NCBI GenBank assembly: GCA_963778655.1
Contig: CAVZVA010000011.1
Coordinates: 416,001 to 480,000 of the forward strand
Direction: 5' to 3'
Length of the DNA stretch: 64,000 bases
Origin: an uncultured delta proteobacterium
Lineage (GTDB): Bacteria > Myxococcota_A > Polyangia > Polyangiales > JAFGIB01
The translations under genes and the position numbers were made by a program. The notes under the pieces were generated by a model. It did no database searches and had not been told where the DNA came from. It saw only the letters and a list, made by a program, of their open reading frames with translations. How positions within the stretch are numbered: the stretch's first letter is position 1; each line of letters opens with the position of its first letter. Shown one piece after another: positions 19,859 through 28,755 of the stretch.

Positions 19859-19975
19859 GGTGCTCGTCCTGTCGCTCTGGGCTGTGAGAGTCGGGTTCTA
19901 AATCGGCCGGCCGCGTCCTGCAACCGGCTTCGCCGGCCGGCTTGCTCCAAGGAGGGCCGTTTGCGAGGTTAGGCC

Positions 19976-21115
19976 GTGCGCCTGGCTCGCTTCAGCGACG
20001 AGCTCCTGCCGTTTTTGGCGATGGAGATCATGGAGCGCGGGCTGCAGCTGGCGCGCGAGGGCGCCGACGTGGTGCAACTCGCGGTCGGAGACCCCGACTT
20101 CGAGCCGCCGCCCGAGGTGGTGGCCGAAGCGGTGCGCGCCCTGCAGGCCGGCGACACCCACTACACCGCGAGCCAGGGGCTGCCCGCGCTGCGCACCGCG
20201 ATCGCGCGCGACTGCAGCGCGCGGCGTGGCGTGGAGATCGCGCCCGAGCAGGTGATGGTGACCAGCGGCACCTCGCCGGCGCTGCACATGGTGCTGCGGC
20301 TGCTGCTCGATCCCGGAGACGAGGCGATCGTGCCCGCGCCGTACTACCCCTGCTATCCGAACATGATCCTGGCTTGCGACGCGCGTCCGGTCTACGTGCC
20401 CACCTACGCCGAAGAGGGCTTCGCGCTCGACGCCGAGCGCGTGCGCCGGGCGATCACGCCGCGCACCCGCTGCATCCTGCTGGCCTCGCCGGGCAATCCG
20501 ACCGGCGCAGTGCAGCCGGCCGCCGCGGTCGAGGCGCTGTGCGCGCTGGGGCTGCCGATCGTGAGCGACGAAATCTACGACGGCCTGCTGTTCGAGGGCG
20601 CTGAGGTGTGCTCGCCGCTGCGCTTCAGCCGCGAGTGCTTCGTGCTCGACGGCTTCTCCAAGCGCTACGCGATGACCGGCTTTCGGTTGGGCTATGCGAT
20701 CGCGCCCGAGGGCGCGCTGCGCGCGCTGCAGAGCCTGCAGCAGAACCTGCACATCAGCGCCTCCTCGTTCGCGCAGCGCGCCGGCGTGGCGGCGCTCGCG
20801 TGCGGCGCGCCCCACCTCGAGAGCATGCGGCAGCACTATGCGCGGCGGCGAGCCAAGCTGCTCGCGGGGGTGCGTGCGCTCGGCTTCGAGCTCACGCATG
20901 CACCGCAAGGCGCGTTCTACCTGCTGGCCGGCGCTCGCCGGCTCGGCTCCGACTCGTTGCTGATCGCGCGCGAGCTGCTGGAACGGACGCACGTGGCGGT
21001 CGCGCCGGGGCGCGACTTCGGCGCAATCGCCGAAGGCTGCCTGCGCTTCAGCTACGCGACCAGCGAGGCGCGGATCGACGAAGGTCTCGCGCGCCTGCGG
21101 GGGGTGCTGGGCTGA
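19976..21115 (+). CDS. PLP-dependent aminotransferase class I/II
   Basis: GDPDF, PGNPTG, SDEIY and GFSKRYAMTGFRLG. Confidence 0.93.
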   Translation: MRLARFSDELLPFLAMEIMERGLQLAREGADVVQLAVGDPDFEPPPEVVAEAVRALQAGDTHYTASQGLPALRTAIARDCSARRGVEIAPEQVMVTSGTSPALHMVLRLLLDPGDEAIVPAPYYPCYPNMILACDARPVYVPTYAEEGFALDAERVRRAITPRTRCILLASPGNPTGAVQPAAAVEALCALGLPIVSDEIYDGLLFEGAEVCSPLRFSRECFVLDGFSKRYAMTGFRLGYAIAPEGALRALQSLQQNLHISASSFAQRAGVAALACGAPHLESMRQHYARRRAKLLAGVRALGFELTHAPQGAFYLLAGARRLGSDSLLIARELLERTHVAVAPGRDFGAIAEGCLRFSYATSEARIDEGLARLRGVLG

Positions 21116-21200
21116 GCGGCGCGGCGGGCGCGCGCGCGGGCCGCGATGCGGCCGGCAAGACTTTCGCCTGCGGGCGCGGGCAGCTACAAGGAGAGACCGC

Positions 21201-22096
21201 ATGCGACGCGTCGAGCAGCGCACCACCCGGGTCCGAAGCGCGGCCGCGCTGGCGGTGCTGGCGATCGCCGCCGCGGGAACGCGAGCGCATGCGCAGGCCG
21301 CGGCGCAAGCGCCGGCGCCGCCCGCGGGCGACGCCGCGCCAGCCGCGAGCGCGGCCCCTGCCGCCGCCGCGACGCAGGCGGAACCGGCGACTACGTCCAG
21401 CGCAGCGATGCCGGCCCCGCCGCCCGCCTACGATCAGCCTCCCCCGTCTGCTCCACCGGCCGCCACCGAGCCAGCCATGCCACCCCCACCGCCGGCAGCT
21501 GCACCCGCGCCGGCAGCACCGGCAGCCGCGCCAGCGCAACCGCCGCCGCCAGCGCTGCCGCCGTCAGCACCAGCTCCACTGCCCTCGGGCGCGCCCGAAT
21601 CGATGTGGCGCTGGCCGCCGCCGCCACCTCCGCCGCCCGCTCATCAGGGGTTCTACCTGCGGCTGGGGCTGGGCCCGACGGCGTTCAAGGCGCGCTTTGC
21701 GCCGCACGAAAACGGCGCCGGCGCCGCGCTCGACGTGGCCGCAGGCGGCACCGTCGGCCCCGGCTTGGTGCTGTTCGGCGAGCTGAACGCGATCGGCGAC
21801 GGCAGCGCGCGCGAGACCTCGGCCTTCATGATCGGCGGCGGCGTTGCCTACTGGCTGCTCGAGCCGAATATCTACTTCTCCGCCAGCGTGGGCGCGGGCG
21901 CCGGCGCCTACCGCAACAGCGCCGATGACAGAGTCAGCACCCCCCCGGGCTCGGGGCATGCCTGATCGCGGGCAAAGAGTGGCTGATCGACCGCGGACCT
22001 TTGGGATTGGGCGCGGCGCTGTTCGGCCGCTACTCGAGCTTCGACGGCGGCAGCTTCGGCGCGCTCGGCGTGATGCTATCGGCCACGGTGCATTAG
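21201..22096 (+). CDS. Pro/Ala-rich secreted outer-membrane beta-barrel-like protein, frameshifted at a C7 run (21940-21946)
   Basis: Signal peptide, HQGFYLRLGLG strands. An alternative frame continues GLGACLIAGKEWLID...GVMLSATVH to TAG at 22096. Confidence 0.7.
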
Positions 22097-22118
22097 CTTC
22101 GAGCGCTAGGGACAGTGC

Positions 22119-23453
22119 CTAGAGGGGGAGTAGCAGGGAGGCCTGGGCGGTCCAGAGGAAGTCCCAGTTGACCGCGGGGCTGGTGGCGTCGGGGTTGTCG
22201 CTGGTGCTCGCCAGAAAGAAGGTCGCGCCGCCGGCCGTGATCACCGGCGCGAAGATCAGCGTGGGTGGGCCGCGGAACAGCGCCAACCGATAGCCCAGAG
22301 TCGCAGTGCCTTCGAGGTAGCCGATGGCGTGGCCGTTGGGGATCACCGAGTTGAGCGTGAGCTTGTCGGTCAGCGAGACCTGGCCGGCACCGAGCTGCAG
22401 ATCGAGCTCGGCGAAGAAGTTGTTGACGCCGCCGCCGAGCTCGGTAGCGCCGGCAAGCCCGATCCCGCGGAAGCGGCTGTCGAACAGATAATCGTCGAGC
22501 GTGAAGCCGTTGACGTTGACCTGATAGGGCTTGCGGTACTGCATCAAGCCCACGCCGAAGAAGATCGGAGGGATCTTGCCGGTGCGGGCGCCCACCACCG
22601 GCGAGCTGTCGCGCGAGTGGTCGTAGCGCACGCCGGCGACGAGGGTCTCGAACGCGGAGATCATCTTGAGCTCGCCGCTCGTGCCCTGACAGCCCATCAC
22701 GTCACCCGAGGCGGCGCGATCGACCACGCATACCTGCCGGTTGGGGACCGCCCGCGTCTCGAACGCGCGCGATTCGTAGCGGATCTGCGGCTCCCAGGCC
22801 GGGCTGATCGGCACGCCCAGGATGCCGAGCAGCTTGACCGCCTTGGGCGCGTAGTTCGCGACCTTCGAGGCCACCGCGCCTTCCTCGGTGCGCGGCGGCG
22901 CCACGCCGTTGCTCTCGTAGTAGCCCTTGCGCACGTTCAGGAAGTAGATCTTGGCCTTGACGTCGATGTTCCAGGTCGCGTAGTTGCCCACGTCCACGTG
23001 AACCGCGCGGTATTGCTGGGGCACCCAGCCGCGGTAACCGCCGCCGAGCGTGACGTCGAGCTTGAAGTTCTTGCCCATCACCCGCAGCGGAAGCTCGGGC
23101 CCCTTCTGCGGCGCCTGCTGCAAAGGATCTTGGGGGGTCAAATCGAGCTTGAGCCCGGGCACGCCGCTCGCGACCTGTTGTGACTTGCCCGCAGGCTTCT
23201 GCGTTGGCTTGGGCGCGGCCGCGGCTTGCTGCTGCTTGCGCTTGCGCTCGGCCTCCGCTTGCTCTTGCTGCTTGCGCTTGCGCTCGGCCTCGTCGGACTT
23301 CTCGATGCCCTCGCGCACGTGCTGCTGGAGCTGCTGCTTGAGGGTCTGGGCGCGCGCGCCCGCCGCGCAGCCCAGCACGCCCAGCACCAGCGCGACCCGC
23401 CATGGCACCGGCACGCGTCGCGCGAACGACTCCGTGTGCAGGCGGCGGAGCAC
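22119..23453 (-). CDS. Hypothetical secreted / outer-membrane protein
   Basis: Signal peptide (AGARA-Q), coiled coil, beta-strand-rich C-terminus; start uncertain. Confidence 0.7.
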   Translation of the reverse strand: MLRRLHTESFARRVPVPWRVALVLGVLGCAAGARAQTLKQQLQQHVREGIEKSDEAERKRKQQEQAEAERKRKQQQAAAAPKPTQKPAGKSQQVASGVPGLKLDLTPQDPLQQAPQKGPELPLRVMGKNFKLDVTLGGGYRGWVPQQYRAVHVDVGNYATWNIDVKAKIYFLNVRKGYYESNGVAPPRTEEGAVASKVANYAPKAVKLLGILGVPISPAWEPQIRYESRAFETRAVPNRQVCVVDRAASGDVMGCQGTSGELKMISAFETLVAGVRYDHSRDSSPVVGARTGKIPPIFFGVGLMQYRKPYQVNVNGFTLDDYLFDSRFRGIGLAGATELGGGVNNFFAELDLQLGAGQVSLTDKLTLNSVIPNGHAIGYLEGTATLGYRLALFRGPPTLIFAPVITAGGATFFLASTSDNPDATSPAVNWDFLWTAQASLLLPL

Positions 23454-23462
23454 GCGCCTCTC

Positions 23463-24203
23463 TCAGCGCGCAAAGCGCTGCCAGCGCCCGGCGATCAGGC
23501 GCTCGTGCGGATAGTAGCGGCGCTTGTAAGCCATCGCCTTGCAGCCCTCGATCGTGAGCCCGAGGTAGAGGTAGTCGAGCCCCCAGCGCCGGCACAGCTC
23601 GAGCTGGCACAGGATCGAGTACACACCCGGGCTGAGCGCGCCGTAGCCGGGGTCGTAATAGCAGTAAACGGCCGAGAGCGCGCGCTCGCCACGGTCGACG
23701 ATCGCAACGCCGATCAAGGTGCCGTGCACGCGGTAGCGCAGCTCGAAGCTCTCGCAGCAGGTATCGGCCAGCACCGCGCCATAGCCGGCCAGCGTGATCG
23801 GCCCGCCCTCGTGGCTCAGCCCGCGCAGCTGTTTGTGGCGGTTGTAGAGCGCGGCGCGGCGCTCGTCGGACTCGACCGGGCCGATCTCGGTCTCGATCAC
23901 GCGCTGGCCGCGGCGAAAGATGCGGCGCTCGGTGCGGCTCGGGCGGTGGTCGCGCGCAGGGATGCGAATCGCTTCACAGGCGTCGCAGGTGGCGCAGCCG
24001 GTGCAGTACACCAGCCGCCCCTGACGGCGCTCGCCCTTGGCCAGGCGGACGTCGAGCTGCGCGCGGCCCAGGCGCGCCAGTGGCAGCCGCAGCGGCAGAC
24101 GGGCGGTCTGCCCGGGCAGATACGGGCACGGCATGGGCTCGTCGTGGACGAGCAGCTCGGGCGGGTCCCCCGGCAACATGGGGTAGCGCTGCGGCGCCGA
24201 CAT
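23463..24203 (-). CDS. bpt: Arginyl-tRNA-protein transferase family (Bpt aspartyl/glutamyl leucyltransferase)
   Basis: PCPYLPG, CxxCxxC, SAVYCYYDP, SPGVYSIL, YLYLG and MAYK motifs. Confidence 0.88.
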   Translation of the reverse strand: MSAPQRYPMLPGDPPELLVHDEPMPCPYLPGQTARLPLRLPLARLGRAQLDVRLAKGERRQGRLVYCTGCATCDACEAIRIPARDHRPSRTERRIFRRGQRVIETEIGPVESDERRAALYNRHKQLRGLSHEGGPITLAGYGAVLADTCCESFELRYRVHGTLIGVAIVDRGERALSAVYCYYDPGYGALSPGVYSILCQLELCRRWGLDYLYLGLTIEGCKAMAYKRRYYPHERLIAGRWQRFAR

Positions 24204-24345
24204 GCCCCGAGCGTAGCAGATCAGGACGCCTCGCTGGCGGTTCCACCCCAGGCTGGGGCATTGACAAGGCACGGCGCCGGCGCTTTGTTCGGCCGTGCCC
24301 GGCCGGAGCAGCCGTGTGGCCAGGGCATCGGACGAGGAAGTGCCC

Positions 24346-25563
24346 ATGAGCGCGCGTATTTTCGTCAGCTACTCGACCCAGGACGGTGAGCTCGGCGACC
24401 AGCTGGTCGCGCTGCTGCGGGCCATGATCGAAGGCGCCGAGGTGGCTTGCAGCCCCCTGCCGGCGCACGAGCCGGCGGGCGGCGACGACTCCTACGCGGC
24501 GCTCAAGCAGCGGCTCGCGGACGCCGACGCAGTGGTCGGTGTGATCACGGCGCGCGCGCTCGCATCGGGCGAGGTCCCGTTCCAGCTGGGGGCCGCCTGG
24601 GCGCTCGGCAAGCCGCTGGTGCTGTTGCTGGGCCCCGACGGCAGCGCGGCCGAGCTGTTCTTGCCGATGGGTCATGCCGAGACCCTGGTGCTCGGACCCG
24701 AGGCCCTGCTCGAGCTGGCGGCCTCGCTGGCGACGCGTACCGGCTTGAGCGCGGAGCTGAGCCCGGCGGCGCGCGAGGCGCTCGCCGCGCTGTTCCCCGA
24801 GTGGCAAGGGCTGGACCGCGAGTCCAGCGAGCGGCCAATCGAGGAAGGCGATCGCGAGTCGGGCTCGACGCAGCAGCTGTGGCCGATCGAGGAGTCGTTC
24901 GAGGCGGAACGGGTCGAGCGTGAGGCGGCTGAGCGCGCGCGCAGCGCGACGCCCGCGGCGGGCACGCCAATCGCCAGCCGCTCCTCGCATCCGGCCGCGG
25001 ACGGCCCCGTGCGCACGGCGCTGCCCTCCTGCAGCGACAGCCTGCAAGCGGGACGCGCGGTCTCGGACTGCGTCTTTCACCGCGCGCAGAGCAGCGCGTT
25101 CGCCGACGAGCTGGACATGCCGTTCGGGGTGTTTCTGGCCGCGCTGGGCGGCAACTGGAGCATGCTCCGCGATCTCGAGGATCTCGACGTGTGGTTGGAG
25201 GCGGCCGACAACCTGTTGGTGTCGCTGGACGCCCACGAGCAGCACGTGCGCTGCTGGTACGAGATCGGATTCGAGCTGGCCACCTTGCTCAACCTGGCGC
25301 GCGCCGAGCTCGAGGGCGAGGGCCCGGCGGTCGAGGAGATCGAGGAGAGCTGGCAGACCGCCTGGGCCACCCTGCAGCGCGCTGCACACCAGGCGGGGGT
25401 CGATGGCGATACCGTCGCCGAGCTACACGACCTGCTCGACAACCTGCGCGGGCCGCAGCCCGAGCGCGACTACGCAAACCTCGGCCGCGTGCAGCAACGC
25501 GTGCGCGAGCTCGCGGGCCGCCACGACGCGACCGGGGTTGCCGCCAGCGCCTGCGGCGGATGA
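24346..25563 (+). CDS. TIR-domain protein with acidic helical C-terminal domain
   Basis: RIFVSYS...ADAVVGVIT..ALAS..VPFQLGAAWALGKP. Confidence 0.75.
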   Translation: MSARIFVSYSTQDGELGDQLVALLRAMIEGAEVACSPLPAHEPAGGDDSYAALKQRLADADAVVGVITARALASGEVPFQLGAAWALGKPLVLLLGPDGSAAELFLPMGHAETLVLGPEALLELAASLATRTGLSAELSPAAREALAALFPEWQGLDRESSERPIEEGDRESGSTQQLWPIEESFEAERVEREAAERARSATPAAGTPIASRSSHPAADGPVRTALPSCSDSLQAGRAVSDCVFHRAQSSAFADELDMPFGVFLAALGGNWSMLRDLEDLDVWLEAADNLLVSLDAHEQHVRCWYEIGFELATLLNLARAELEGEGPAVEEIEESWQTAWATLQRAAHQAGVDGDTVAELHDLLDNLRGPQPERDYANLGRVQQRVRELAGRHDATGVAASACGG

Positions 25564-26960
25564 AGGGGCCAGGCAGGGACCCCTTCGGCCGCGAGGCCGG
25601 ACCATGGCATACTGCGCTGGTGAGCCTACGGAACAGGGGTGGGCGCCGGCGCCTGTGGACGGCGGGCCTAGTCACGCTCTGCTCGGCGTGCTCCTTCAAT
25701 CATTCGCCGATCGGACCCGACCGGGCGGTGGGCATCGCGGACAGCAACACGTTCGGCACGGCGGCCGCGGCAGGCAGCACGGGTGGTGGCGCTGCTGTGG
25801 GCGTGAGTGCGGGCGGCGGCGGTAGCGGCGGGGGCGCCAGCGGCGGGAGCGGCGGCGGCGCCAGCGGCGGGACCGGCGGCGGCGCCAGCGGCGGGAGCGG
25901 CGGCGGCGCCAGCGGCGGGACCGGCGGCGGCGCCAGCGGCGGGACCGGCGGCGGCGCCAGCGGCGGGACCGGCGGCGGCGCCAGCGGCGGGACCGGCGGC
26001 GGCGCCAGCGGCGGGACCGGCGGGACCAGCATGCCGAGCTTCTGCGCCCAACCGGCCAACGACGGCATGCCGTGCAACGACGGCTTCTTCTGCACCACCG
26101 GCGAGCATTGCGCCGACCGGCTGTGCAAGGGTGGCTCGCTCACCCCGTGCACGAACCTCGACGACCAATGCAACACCGGGGTCTGCAACGCCGCCACCGA
26201 TCGCTGCGAGAAGGCGCCGGCCCACCAGGGCGCGAGCTGCGACGACGGGCTGTTCTGCACCGTCGGCGAGACCTGCAACCAGCTCGGACGCTGTACCGGC
26301 GGTCAGCCCAACCCGTGCCTCGGCCAGGCCGACGCGTGCAACACGGCCAGCTGCGACGAGGCCAGCCACGCCTGCGTGCGCACGCCCGCGCACGACGGTG
26401 AGGCCTGCGGCGATGGGTCGGATTGCATGGTGGGCGCCACCTGCACCGCGGGCGTGTGCTCCCCGACCGCGTGCGCGGCGGGCCAGAGCTGCACGCTCGC
26501 CTGTCCGGGCTCGTGCGCGTGCGACATCGCCTGCGCGGGCGCGGCGAGCTGCCAGGGCACCTGCGACCCAGCCGCGAGCTGCAACGTCGACTGCCAGAAC
26601 GCGGCGCAGTGCAGCACGACCTGTACGACGAACGCGATCTGCAACGTCGGCTGCAACGGCGCGGCCTCGTGCGCGACCAGCTGCGCCGCCAACGCGAGCT
26701 GCACGGTGGTGTGCGCCTCGGCACTGCAGTGCGCGGCGGGCTGTCAGGCCAACTCGAGCTGTGACATCGACTGCCGCGGGGCGCTCGACTGCATCAGCAG
26801 GATCGATTGCGCCAACGGCGCGGAGTGCCTGCTGCGGTGCAGCCCGGGCACCATCAACGGCGGCAACGGCGGCAACGCGAGCTGTGGCTTCAACACCTGC
26901 CCGGGCGGGGTGACCCAGTGCGGCAACGGCGTGCTGGTGTGCGGGCGCGACTGCCCGTGA
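25560..26960 (+). CDS. Cys-rich extracellular (lipo)protein with Gly/Ser/Thr linker
   Basis: LCSAC lipobox-like motif, GGGASGG(S/T) x8, CxDGxFCT repeats, then CxxxC repeats. Start is ATG 25560 or GTG 25620. Confidence 0.75.
   Translation: MKGPGRDPFGREAGPWHTALVSLRNRGGRRRLWTAGLVTLCSACSFNHSPIGPDRAVGIADSNTFGTAAAAGSTGGGAAVGVSAGGGGSGGGASGGSGGGASGGTGGGASGGSGGGASGGTGGGASGGTGGGASGGTGGGASGGTGGGASGGTGGTSMPSFCAQPANDGMPCNDGFFCTTGEHCADRLCKGGSLTPCTNLDDQCNTGVCNAATDRCEKAPAHQGASCDDGLFCTVGETCNQLGRCTGGQPNPCLGQADACNTASCDEASHACVRTPAHDGEACGDGSDCMVGATCTAGVCSPTACAAGQSCTLACPGSCACDIACAGAASCQGTCDPAASCNVDCQNAAQCSTTCTTNAICNVGCNGAASCATSCAANASCTVVCASALQCAAGCQANSSCDIDCRGALDCISRIDCANGAECLLRCSPGTINGGNGGNASCGFNTCPGGVTQCGNGVLVCGRDCP
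25827..26018 (+). repeat. Coding 24-bp tandem repeat, 8 copies
   Basis: ggcggcggcgccagcggcggga(c/g)c repeated; encodes GGGASGG(T/S). Confidence 0.9.
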
Positions 26961-27069
26961 GCCTGCGCGCGCGGCGCCGAGCCGAAGCCATGCGGCAGCG
27001 CGTGCACGCCGCGCCTCGACCCGCGGGCGGCGCGTGCTACATGCAGGCGCGAAGCGGCGGCGGGCGGCC

Positions 27070-28017
27070 ATGAACGACAAACCCTCGGTCTTCATCGACG
27101 GGCAGGCGGGCACCACGGGGCTGCGCATTCGCGAGCTGCTGGGCGGCCGCGGCGACCTGACGCTGCTCGAGATCGAGCCCGCGCGGCGCAAGCAGCCAGA
27201 GGCGCGCGCGGAGCTGCTCAACCGGGCCGACATCGCGGTATTGTGCTTGCCCGACGATGCGGCACGCGAGGCGGTGCAGCTCATCACCAACGGGCACACG
27301 CGCGTGCTCGACAGCAGCAGCGCGCACCGCGTGGCCGACGGCTGGGTCTATGGCCTGCCCGAGCTGGCGCCGGACCAGCGCGCCGCGATCGCCGCCTCGC
27401 AGCGGGTGAGCAATCCCGGCTGCTATCCGACCTGCGTCGCGTTGCTGCTGCGGCCGCTGGTCGACACCGGTCTGCTGCCGGCCGAGACGCCGCTCGCGAT
27501 CCACGCACTGTCGGGTTACAGCGGCGGCGGTCACGCGATGATCGAGCGCTGGGAGCAACAAGACCTGCTCTCGCTTCCCTACGAGGCGCCCTACTCGCTC
27601 GAGCGGCGGCACAAGCACGTGCCGGAGATGATCCGCTACGGGCGGCTGTTGTACGAGCCCTGCTTCGTGCCGGCGGTGGGCCCCTTCCGCTGCGGGATGC
27701 GGGTCGAGATCCCGCTGCACGCGCGCGCCCTGAGCCAGGGAAGCGACGCGGCCGCGATCGATGAAACGCTGCGGGCGCGCTACGCCGGCGAGCGTTTCAT
27801 CTCGGTGTCGCGCCTGGACGACAAGCTCGGCGAGCGCGCGCTCGACCCGACCGCGTGCAACGACAGCAACCGGGTGGCACTCAAGGTGCTGCCACACCCC
27901 AGCGGGCACGTGCTGCTGGTGGCGATCCTCGACAACCTGGGCAAGGGCGCGGCCGGCGCGGCGGTGCAGAACCTCAACCTGATGCTGGGCCTGCCGGAAG
28001 ACCGCGGCTTGAGCTAA
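27070..28017 (+). CDS. argC: N-acetyl-gamma-glutamyl-phosphate reductase (type 2)
   Basis: VFIDGQAGTTGL, SNPGCYPT, SGYSGGG and DNLGKGAAGAAVQN. Confidence 0.95.
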   Translation: MNDKPSVFIDGQAGTTGLRIRELLGGRGDLTLLEIEPARRKQPEARAELLNRADIAVLCLPDDAAREAVQLITNGHTRVLDSSSAHRVADGWVYGLPELAPDQRAAIAASQRVSNPGCYPTCVALLLRPLVDTGLLPAETPLAIHALSGYSGGGHAMIERWEQQDLLSLPYEAPYSLERRHKHVPEMIRYGRLLYEPCFVPAVGPFRCGMRVEIPLHARALSQGSDAAAIDETLRARYAGERFISVSRLDDKLGERALDPTACNDSNRVALKVLPHPSGHVLLVAILDNLGKGAAGAAVQNLNLMLGLPEDRGLS

Positions 28018-28026
28018 ACCAGAGCT

Positions 28027-28192
28027 CGCGATTCGGGATCGAATCACAAACTCTGATTTCTGCTTTGATTGTCAGGGAGTCGCGCCGACTCCCTGTGCGC
28101 GAGGCAAAGCCTCGCGCATTCACCCTCTCGCGGTGGTGCGGCATCCGCCGCACCGCTAAAGGACCGATCGGCACGGCCGTTCCCGAATCGTG
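28027..28192. repeat. Multi-hairpin intergenic element with 12-bp terminal inverted repeats
   Basis: cgcgattcggga / tcccgaatcgtg enclose cagggagtcg-cgc-cgactccctg, tgcgcgaggc-aaa-gcctcgcgca and gcggtg...caccgc. Confidence 0.6.
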
Positions 28193-28233
28193 ATCGGCCA
28201 TTTAGGGCACCGATCTGGTAGTCGTACGAGGCC

Positions 28234-28653
28234 CTAGCCCCAGGCGATCTCGAGCGCGACCTCGATCGCGGGTTGCAGGCTGAGCGCGACCGGGCAGGTG
28301 CGGGCGGCGTGCTCGAGCGCGCGGCGGGCTTCGGCGTCGAGCGCGCTCGCGACCTCGGGCGGCACCCGCATGCGCACGGGCAGGCGCTCGATGCGGCGCG
28401 GGGGTTGCTTGCTCATGTGCTTCTCGATGCGGGCGTCAATGCCGTCGATGCGGTAGCCCTTGCGTCCGGCCACGATGCCCATCGTGGTCAGCATGCAGGT
28501 GCCGAGCGCGGTCGCGACCAGATCGGTCGGTGAGAACGACTCGCCCTTGCCCTGATTGTCCGCGGGCGCGTCGGTCGCAAGCCGCGTGGAAGAGGGCCCG
28601 TGCTGCGCGTTGCAATGCAGCTGCCCGTCGTAGTGAATGTCGATCTCGACCAT
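28234..28653 (-). CDS. OsmC-family protein
   Basis: TDAPADNQGKGESFSPTDL, LGTC and TCPVALSL. Confidence 0.92.
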   Translation of the reverse strand: MVEIDIHYDGQLHCNAQHGPSSTRLATDAPADNQGKGESFSPTDLVATALGTCMLTTMGIVAGRKGYRIDGIDARIEKHMSKQPPRRIERLPVRMRVPPEVASALDAEARRALEHAARTCPVALSLQPAIEVALEIAWG

Positions 28654-28755
28654 GTGCGCCTCGCAGAGTTGGGGCCGGCGCGCGCACCGCGCCGCCGCGC
28701 CGACACCCGCTGGTGTAGCAGCCCCGCGGCGGGGCGGGCAAAGCTCCGCGGGGGC

